64,000 nucleotides of DNA. Source: Octopus vulgaris (lineage: Eukaryota). The translations under genes were made by a program, and so were the position numbers. Positions 55,048 through 64,000 of the stretch are shown in pieces (positions within the stretch are counted from its first letter, which is position 1; every line of letters begins with the position of its first letter). The notes under the pieces were generated by a model, which worked only from the letters and a program-made list of their open reading frames with translations, searched no databases and was not told the DNA's origin. The stretch spans positions 4,340,001 to 4,404,000 of the forward strand of contig OX597821.1 in the NCBI GenBank assembly GCA_951406725.2, written 5' to 3'.

Positions 55048-55133
<86 letters not shown>

Positions 55134-55350
55134 GGATACATAGATAGATACATACATACATATCTGAATGTGTACATGCACACACACACACACATATGTA
55201 CTCATATCTATACACATATGTGGGTGCGCGTAGTGTCTGTGTGTTCGTGTGCGAGCGCGTAAATTGTTGTGGGCATAATAATAATAATAATAATAATAAT
55301 AATATATATATATGTATGTATATATATATGTATGTATATATATATATATA

Positions 55351-55383
<33 letters not shown>

Positions 55384-55749
55384 CAGGCATTAGATAATGT
55401 GGGTTCGTATCCCTCGAAGGGTCTTCCAGTTTTCCTATTCAAATATGAAATAGAAGCAGCACTAGTGTAAAAAATATTATCAATCACTGACAAGCCCCAA
55501 ATATGGCGAACAATCGATGTCAGTCACACCTAGATAGGATTGAAATTGAGTTATCTAGACTGTCCATGACCCTAACATGCCTTAACACCCGAGGCCTCAA
55601 GAGAGTTTTCTCAACCAAGCCATGACATCATACCGGCAAATGCATGAGTCATACGTGTATGTGTGTATGTATGTATGTATGTATGTATGTATGTATGTAT
55701 GTATGTATGTATGTATATATGTATATATGTATGTATGCATGTATGTATG

Positions 55750-55808
<59 letters not shown>

Positions 55809-55848
55809 ATATATATATATATACACATACATGTTTATTCAAAAGGAA

Positions 55849-56362
55849 AGGCCAGATTTAAAATTTATTTTTAACACAAACGGTAAGAGACACAAACACA
55901 TTCCACATATTTCTTGACAGGGAAAACTTTAAAGTTTATTTTAAGGTAGTATACACTCACCATGAGAACCGGTGATTTTACCTTTACAAATGCAACCGTT
56001 TCCTGCGAATTTTTTATGCCATTCGTAAATTTGCTCGTGACGAGGTGTATTTTTATTGAATTGGCAGCGAATTTCACGTTGCACTTGCACAATCGATTCA
56101 CATTTCTCAAACTGCAGCTCACAAAAAGACTTATCTTATGGCGTCACCATTTTCTAAGGGATTACAGAAATGAAAAGTGTACAAATTTGAATAAAATGAC
56201 CAAATTGGAACATGAAAACAAAATTGAAATATTATTTTATTTAAGGCTTAATTCAGTTCAGATCATGTTCAGATATAAAATTAAACTTTCCCCTATCAAG
56301 AAATATGTATAATGAGTTAGTCTCTTACCGTTTGTTTTAGAAATAAATTTGAAATCTGCTCT
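55849..56362. mobile_element. MITE with ~90-bp imperfect TIRs
   Basis: CAGATTTAAAATTTATTTTTAACACAAACGGTAAGAGAC..ACATATTTCTTGA mirrored at the right end. Confidence 0.8.
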
Positions 56363-57309
56363 TATATATATATATATACTTCGTGTGTATATACCTTTAA
56401 GATAGATGCTCAGTATTCATGTACAAGTGAAATCAAATTCATATAAGCGCAAATAAATAGATATATCTTCCTTATGGGTTCAGAACAGTGAGTTGTTACT
56501 CATTCATCACATGACCAGGTTGATTTCCAAGTAGATCTACAAGTTTCTGATCTGATGACCCCTTCATACAAACATGAGAAAAAGAAACGATCAACTGAAA
56601 ACAAACCGAAGACATCATAGAGTATGGCTGCCATAGTTGGGCCGAGAGCGTCACGTGACTACATTAGGCTATTCAGTTAACGCCATGCCTTCGCAAACTT
56701 CATTACGCGCCTAATGTTCTGCATAGAATGGATGTTGAAATTTTTCCTTCAGTATTCGCAAACATTAAGAAGAATTAACGTTTTAAATGTTTGAGGTGTT
56801 TTAATTAACTTCATGTTTTTCCATTTCATTTCCTTGGAAATTGCAATACGTTCAGTACGTGCATCTAATTAGATTGAGTTTGTTTGACCAATAGACATAC
56901 AAACACGATAAATTTATCTATTAATTCTCTGTTGACAGAAAAATTGATGACTAGCGTTAATCGACTTTCAAACACTTTTATGTTCGCATCAGAGATGTTA
57001 ACACGACTTTAACTGTTTCAGACATATATACATACATACATACATACATACATGCATACATTCATACATACATACATATATTTAAGAAATTAGGCTTTTC
57101 AAAACTAGAAAGAGGAAAGCTGATGACCCCTTCATACAATTATGTACCGAGTTTGTTTGGATATGATGTGTTAAGCCGAATTTAAACAGTTAATGTGGAG
57201 TATTATTGTCTACAAACGGAAGCATTACACCCACATACCCCACCACACACACACAAAACATATATACACACACACATACACACACACACACACATACAGA
57301 TGCACACAT

Positions 57310-57650
57310 TGGTTAATCGTAAAGCCGGACGTTTTGCTCCTAACACGGTAATGCAAGTCTTCAAATTGCTCAAGTCACTCAGAAAAAAGATTATGACACT
57401 ATGTATGAAAGTTTTACCTCATCTTCCTTCCTCTCCTGAATTTGTTCTGTCTGGCTATCAATTTTAGATATTACTGGGACACTATTCAAAGATCATTGCG
57501 TCACTATTTAGAGGAAAAACAGTTTGTTAAATGTGAATAGATATGAAATGATATTGCACGCTTTTCCGCTTCGAAGCGTCAGGAAATTTACGCTCAAGTG
57601 ATAGACAATTTACCAGATAACTGGATTTATGTTACCAACAATATAAGGAA
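57310..57650 (+). pseudogene. Degenerate mariner transposase C-terminal fragment
   Basis: KVLPHLPSSPEFVLSGYQF resembles HPPYSPDLAPSDYHLF. Confidence 0.6.
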
Positions 57651-58558
57651 AAATTACCTTTATCACATTTCTCAATTAATATCAAAGAACCATACGTTTC
57701 TTTCCTATCTAAAATATGACAGGACCTTCGCAGAAAAACATACACTCAGAATGGGTTTACTCTTTATATCTAAGAATCCGAACCATATTTCATCGTAAAT
57801 TTTGTTACGAGTGAGAATAGTATAAATTTATTTAAATCTCGTGTAATTGATAATGAAATTGGTTTCGCTTTAACTGAATAAACAATACATTCTTTACAAA
57901 TACCAAAGCACATTAGAATCTTACTTTCAGTCTTGCGTTTTTTATGAGACGATAATAAAATGACGGTCCCTCAGGAATCGTAAAACGATTAGTATTAAAC
58001 TCCAGTAGGGACAGAACACTGCTTATTTAATTTAAACCTGAAACACATTTGATTAAATTTAGAATACTAATCTATGTTTATTATTCAAATATTAGTTTAG
58101 ACTAATATTTGTAATTTCCCATGAATTTAAAGTATATTTTGAAACTTCTTTGTCTTTTGTTTGTACGTTTTAAGTTTTTTTTTTTTTAAATTCTTGGTCT
58201 TTAATATTCCCATGTTTCCAGCTATTTAGAAATGAAAATTCTATTCTGAATATAAAATTATTCATAAACCAGCTTCAATATAGACACTGCCTTTTCGGTT
58301 TTATTTTGAGAATTAAAAAAAAATCAATGTAAAATAGTAGATTTTATAAATATTGAGAGCCTCATATGATTAGGGTTAAGTCTGTTGAATATATCTGGGT
58401 TACTGCATCCCTTTCTCTCATCTAGAGAGACGGCTGGTTTGATACTAAGTCAATTTCATATTCTCAAAAATATACGGATGTTTAAATTGAATACAAGATG
58501 TATGTGAAACATACAGGTGTGTAAATATATAGGAATTGCTTTGTGTGTTTATATAATT

Positions 58559-58596
<38 letters not shown>

Positions 58597-58609
58597 ATGT
58601 ATGCGTGAA

Positions 58610-58764
58610 GGCGCATGACTCAGTGGTTAGACCGTCGAGCTTACGACCGTGACGTTCTGAGATAGAATCCGGGACCGGGCAGCGTGTTATATTATTGAGC
58701 AAGACACTTTATTTCACGCTGCTCCAGTTCACTCAGCTGTAGAAATGTGTTACAATGTCACAGG

Positions 58765-58765
<1 letters not shown>
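58610..58765 (+). mobile_element. SINE family C head
   Basis: GGCGCATGACTCAGTGGTTAGAC..GAATCCGGGACCGGG tRNA-like head. Confidence 0.75.
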
Positions 58766-58859
<94 letters not shown>

Positions 58860-58895
58860 ATGAAAGAATGGAGTCGAACGACGATTTTAACAAAA

Positions 58896-58994
58896 TTCCT
58901 TTACTCTCGACACATGTTTCGAAGGCTGTATATTCCTAATTCCGAAGGAATAAAGGTTGCATTATGCCACCATCTCATCAGGAAAGACAAGGAA
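58896..58994 (-). ncRNA. Type I hammerhead ribozyme, canonical core
   Basis: UUCCUUGUCUUUC-CUGAUGA-long helix II-GAA-ACAUGUGU-C-GAGAGUAAAGGAA; 11 of 13 helix I positions pair. Confidence 0.75.
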
Positions 58995-59943
58995 CTTATA
59001 TCAGCATCATGAAGAGCAAATACTTTTAGATGACTGCCCACAGGATGTCCACAGTAATAATGCGTGTTTCCTTAAAATATCCCGTTATAAGCAATGACGT
59101 CAAAGTTGGTTGGATGGAGAATGTTCTAAAGAGTTCAAGAGTTCAAATTTGGTTGGGAGGAGAAAGGAAAAGATACAGATAATGTGGACCAGTCCAGTTT
59201 ATCTGTACCTGGTCCATATTATCTGTATCTTTTCTTTTTGATAAGGGCAGGAAATTCTGTGGCCTTTGTAATTCCGAACTCTTCTTTATCCTTTTCTCCA
59301 AATTCCCTTTGGTAGACACAATTATAGAAGAATCCTATAAGTGGAAACATTGGCAGAGACATACTTTCCTCTCATATGAATAATGATTAGTATAGATAAC
59401 CTCTTTGATTTTAATAATTTAGTTTCACTTCTAAAACACCACCATAGACAATTTGTTTTTTTCTACTACGTTACATGAAGAATTACTACTAAATTTGTTG
59501 GGATATGTTTTCCTCTTTTTCTCTGCATCTCCCCACCTCTCTCTCTTTCTCTCTCTCTCTCTATCATACCCACAATCGAACACGCAGACACAAATCTGTC
59601 AGTTCACTACTAAATGTTTCTGACATTTGTCACCCTACACACACAGTCACGCACACACACAGGCACGAATCCTCATACATACACACACACAAGCACTCAA
59701 ACTCATTAACAATAGAATACACCCACGCATCCCCATACAATACTGCTTGCACTCTATCCCCTTCCTAGAGCTTTCTCCTCCCAACCAAATTTGCACTCTT
59801 GAACTCTTTAAAACATTCTCCATCCAACCAACTTTGACGTCATTGCTTATAACGGGATATTTTAAAGAAACACTCATTATTATTGTGGACATCATGTGGG
59901 CAGTCACCTAAAAGGTTTTTGCTCTTCATGGTACTGACATAAG

Positions 59944-60042
59944 TTCCTTGTCTTTCCTGATGAGATGGCGGTATAATGCACCCTTTATTCCTTCGGAATT
60001 AGGAATATGCAGCCTTCGAAACATGTATCGAGTGTAAAGGAA
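59944..60042 (+). ncRNA. Type I hammerhead, second pLTR copy (helix III mismatch)
   Basis: Same motif with AUC triplet. Confidence 0.65.
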
Positions 60043-60247
60043 TTTTGTTAAAATCGTCGTTCGACTCCATTCTTTTATTTATTCATAGTTAAAAAAAAAC
60101 ACACAAATTTACACACGAGAACACGGGATCCCTGCCCTTGGCATATAGCTTCAACCATGTTTTCTGACGTGAATTTGCTACCCAGGTATCGGTTAACCGA
60201 ACTATCCATACTAGGATAATTCATTCACCTTCTTAAATATATGTATC

Positions 60248-60307
<60 letters not shown>

Positions 60308-60380
60308 TATATATACAAACATGTATATATATATATATATATATTATATATATCTATATCTACATATATATATATATGTG

Positions 60381-60435
<55 letters not shown>

Positions 60436-60954
60436 GCATACATTTGCTAACCATTCGAATGCTATTTCATATTGGAAAATATCAAATTAAATTTACAAGT
60501 CAGAATTGTTAATGGTATGCGCTAATTTAAATATAAGTTCAGTTGCAACGATTGTTCAGTTGCTATGTCATTAATATTCAGTTATGCTAACCATTTGTTC
60601 TTTATAGATTCATTTTTTTTCTACGTTTCGGTTAAATGAAATTCATTTCATTACATTTTTCTAAGCATTAATTTATCTTTATTTACACTTGTTTCTTATT
60701 CGTTTTCTTGATGGTGCAGCGAAATGTGAGAAGAATAACCAGGTATTAATATGCTGTCTGACAAAGTTCGATGTTAATTAGTTAAAACAACTTGTGTTTA
60801 TGTGGAATGTGGAAATATTTGTATTCTGTTTCATTTTCATATCTTCATTATAAGCTGTATAACCTCTACACCATGTCCTGCACTTGTGAATTGAAATCAC
60901 TAATTTTGTATAGAAAAACTAAATAATATAGAAAATAAAACATAAAACCGTGAT

Positions 60955-61170
60955 CACGTGAACCAGATGTTGCTACACCTCGCTGGTCTCAATGCGCTTT
61001 TGCATTGCTTCAGCTTTTAAATGACGCCACCCCGATCTCTGATCAAAGGGAGGCTGGAGCAATATGAAACGGAGTGTTTTGCTCAAGAACATAACTCGCC
61101 GCCCAGTCAGAGAATCGAACCCACGATCTAGCGATTGATGGTGCAAAAGGCTAACCACTAGGCCACGCGG
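60955..61170 (-). mobile_element. SINE family C
   Basis: Reverse complement CGCGTGGCCTAGTGGTTAGC..GGGTTCGATTCTCTGACTGGGC. Confidence 0.75.
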
Positions 61171-61752
61171 TGATGGGCTGTGAAGTGTCACATAGATTTG
61201 GTTTAACATGTGCTACCTTGGAAATGAGTATTCTATCACAGAGTTATATTGTTGAAAGTCTCATCAGGAAAATTTGTTAAAGGGAAATTGCGTAGAAACC
61301 CGTCTAAATATCACTTCTCTCTTTGGTTAGTATAGCTAATATTTCTCGTCATATGGTGTTTAAGAACAATATCTGGTATTATGGAGAAATACCAGTCTCT
61401 TTTACATTGTTACAAGTATTTTGAATAAAGCTCATGTATGAGGACAATTACCTCCCTTCCCTATTCATTAGTCAACGGTAACACAAGAAGGGTTTTCCAA
61501 CCGCTCTCTCTTCTCTCCCCACGTGACCGGTGTTCGGGCAAGCCTAACCTTTCTTTCTTGGTTCGGCCGCAGTCCGTGCAACATCTATATTCCTCCCTGT
61601 GCTTGTGAAATCTTGTATCCCTGCCCTAAGGCTTTACTCTCCACACACGCCAGCATAATGTAATACTTCCTTAGTCGAAAGACAACTGTTGTTATGTTCT
61701 GTTATTTGTATTTGTGTAACCTTCTCTGTTTTGTCCGTCCTAGTTTTCGTAT

Positions 61753-61895
61753 ACATTCGCTAATTTATTCCAAGGAATCTCATACTCTTAGCTTAAGTTT
61801 TCTTTGGGCTGGACAGATAGGAGCAATCTCGAGTTCAACAAGCCGAAATTGCAAAGATAATCTGGAACTCGACTGATGAAAGAAAACTCCGAATG
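61753..61895 (+). ncRNA. Second copy of the candidate non-circularly-permuted hammerhead (repeat ~61700-62005)
   Basis: GCAAU-C-UCGAGUUC..AGCC-GAA-AUUGC..GAACUCGA-CUGAUGA. Confidence 0.6.
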
Positions 61896-62353
61896 ACCCG
61901 TCTTTGTTTTCTTTGTATCGTCTATCAGGATGTTTTGTTTTCCCTATTTTGTATCATCTAACTGTCTTGATGTTTTGAATTCTCGTCCCATTTTGTATTT
62001 TTTATATAATATATATATATTGAACAAGTTTAGACTATATCAATTATAGATTAATTTAAAGACTTTTTTGCAGTTTATAATGAACATATCTTATAGTCGC
62101 TACGCCTTGCTGAGTTATAAAAAAAGAGAGTGATACAGCAATATGTAATAATTGCATCGATGACGGTGTTAATGAATATTGTATTGGCATAATAAGAGGT
62201 GTTAATTGGAATTAAGTGCAAGGTGAGTGAAAAACAGTGAGCGTAATGCATCCTGTTGGTGGGATAGATAAATAGATAGAAAGATAGATAGATAAATAGA
62301 CAGACAGACAGATAGACAGACAGACAGACATACATATATATATATATATATAT

Positions 62354-62403
<50 letters not shown>

Positions 62404-62476
62404 GGATAGCTAGCTAGATAGATAGATAAATAGATAGATAGATAGATAGATAGATATATAGATAGATAGATAGATG

Positions 62477-62510
<34 letters not shown>

Positions 62511-62979
62511 TGGGTAGGTAGGTAGGTAGATAGAGAGATTAGCTTTGTAGGCTGGTTAGAAGCACATTGACTGTATAGCTTATGGTGAGAATATTATCGT
62601 CTCAACTAAATATGTCTGCCGAGAAGCATTCTGAAAATATTGATGATTAATATCCTTAGACAGTTATTACTTTTCGTGTGTATATCAACAAACCAAAACG
62701 TTCCTTTACACGCTCTTGATATCATATACTACACTGTACGTCATGTCAAACCGTATAACATACTTCAGGTGAAATGCTGCTGAGGCAAGTATGTCTTCAA
62801 AATAGTTGGGCATTCTCCAAGGTAACGTGTACTGTATTATCGTCCTTATTTTCTGCGTGTGGTACATTTGATATCACTTTCGAAAACACATGCAAATCAT
62901 AGACGTATCAGCGAACAAAATGGATTACTTACGTTTGCTGTCTTCATATTTAAGGAATTCTTTTATTTTTTAAAAATAT

Positions 62980-63335
62980 TTTTTCATGTTTCAGTCATTT
63001 GACAGCGACCACGGTAGGGCAGTACCGTAAAGAAAGTGACCCCAGGATTAATTCTATGTATGCTTAATACTTATCCTATCGGTCTTTATGACGAACCGCT
63101 AGTTTGCCCAAACATAAACGCACCAGCATTAGTTGTCAAGTGATGGGGGTGTGCAAAGACATGTATATACACGACAGGTTTCTTTCAGTTTCCGTCTACT
63201 CAATCCACTCACAATGCTTTGTACGCCCTCGAAGCTATTGTAGAATACACTTGCCCAAGATGCAACTCAGTGCGACCGAACCCAGAACCATATGGTTGTG
63301 AAGTAAGCTTCTTACTTTACACCCAAGCCTGCGTC
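62980..63335 (-). mobile_element. SINE family A, full length, diverged
   Basis: Tail, body and head recognisable on the minus strand. Confidence 0.8.
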
Positions 63336-63726
63336 TATATATAAGTATTCAGGGAAAATGTATGGTGATTTAAAATGTTTGCTTAAGTATGGTCTCTTCA
63401 AAATTGCGGACTAATTACTCAAGCAGTTTTTAAATATGAATAAGACAGTCAACGGTGAAACTTGGAAAATATTTCTCAAAATTTCCCTTTTAACATATAT
63501 AATGTATACTCTACTGAAATGCGTTGTCATCGTTTAGTTAAAATATGATATGTTTTGCGTGGTTGTATATTAAAGAAACACGCATTATCGTATGTGTGCT
63601 TGTATGGCGACATATATTATGTATGTATTTCTGTACATTCATAGACACGCACAACAACACCCACACATACCGCACAGTTCTCCACACCCTGTCTCAAACA
63701 CACATATAATGTTTATACATATACAT

Positions 63727-63764
<38 letters not shown>

Positions 63765-63802
63765 TTTAGTTATATATATTTATGTATATATATATATATA
63801 TA

Positions 63803-63851
<49 letters not shown>

Positions 63852-64000
63852 CACACGCAAACTTACGTACACAGCGTAATATACGTAAATGACGTAAGAA
63901 CAATAATAACCTTTTGAAAATGTATTTCTTTAAACAAAACATTAAGCAGAAAACCATTCCCTTGTAATTTGCATTAAATACATAAACAACACGGGATTGT

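Larger units (their letters stand above)
58858..60080. mobile_element. Penelope-like insertion with ~310-bp inverted pLTRs and ORF C-terminus
   Basis: 58858-59166 is the reverse complement of 59771-60080; 59207-59383 encodes WSIL..KFCGLCNSELFFI..KWKH (PLE-type C-terminal motif). Confidence 0.8.

Noticed and set aside
59167-59234. 26-bp hairpin as a pre-miRNA
   Set aside because: One arm is Penelope coding sequence at the truncation point; better explained as an integration artefact
61195-61272. Minus-strand UUUCCUGAUGAG start similar to the pLTR hammerhead
   Set aside because: No GAAA or helix II partner downstream

Overview
Very AT-rich eukaryotic DNA saturated with (TA)n, (CA)n, (GATA)n, (TATG)n and (AAT)n microsatellites. 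I could not support any intact host gene; almost all ORF-track entries are microsatellite artefacts. The repeat content (tRNA-headed SINEs with internal microsatellites, CR1-like, L1/Tx1-like and R4/Dong-like LINE remnants, Penelope-like elements, Tc1/mariner fossils, MITEs, a non-autonomous Helitron) suggests an intergenic or large intronic region of a coleoid cephalopod, probably Octopus (inference). The main hidden signal is RNA structure. About a dozen hammerhead-ribozyme (HHR)-like motifs from several short repeat families lie on both strands, several directly 3' of Penelope ORF ends. They include variants where the tertiary 3:8 pair is C-G, G-C or A-U. They also include a two-copy family whose three hammerhead strands occur in a non-circularly-permuted (pseudoknotted) order, supported by compensatory changes in helix I. 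All structures were paired by eye; activity is untested.
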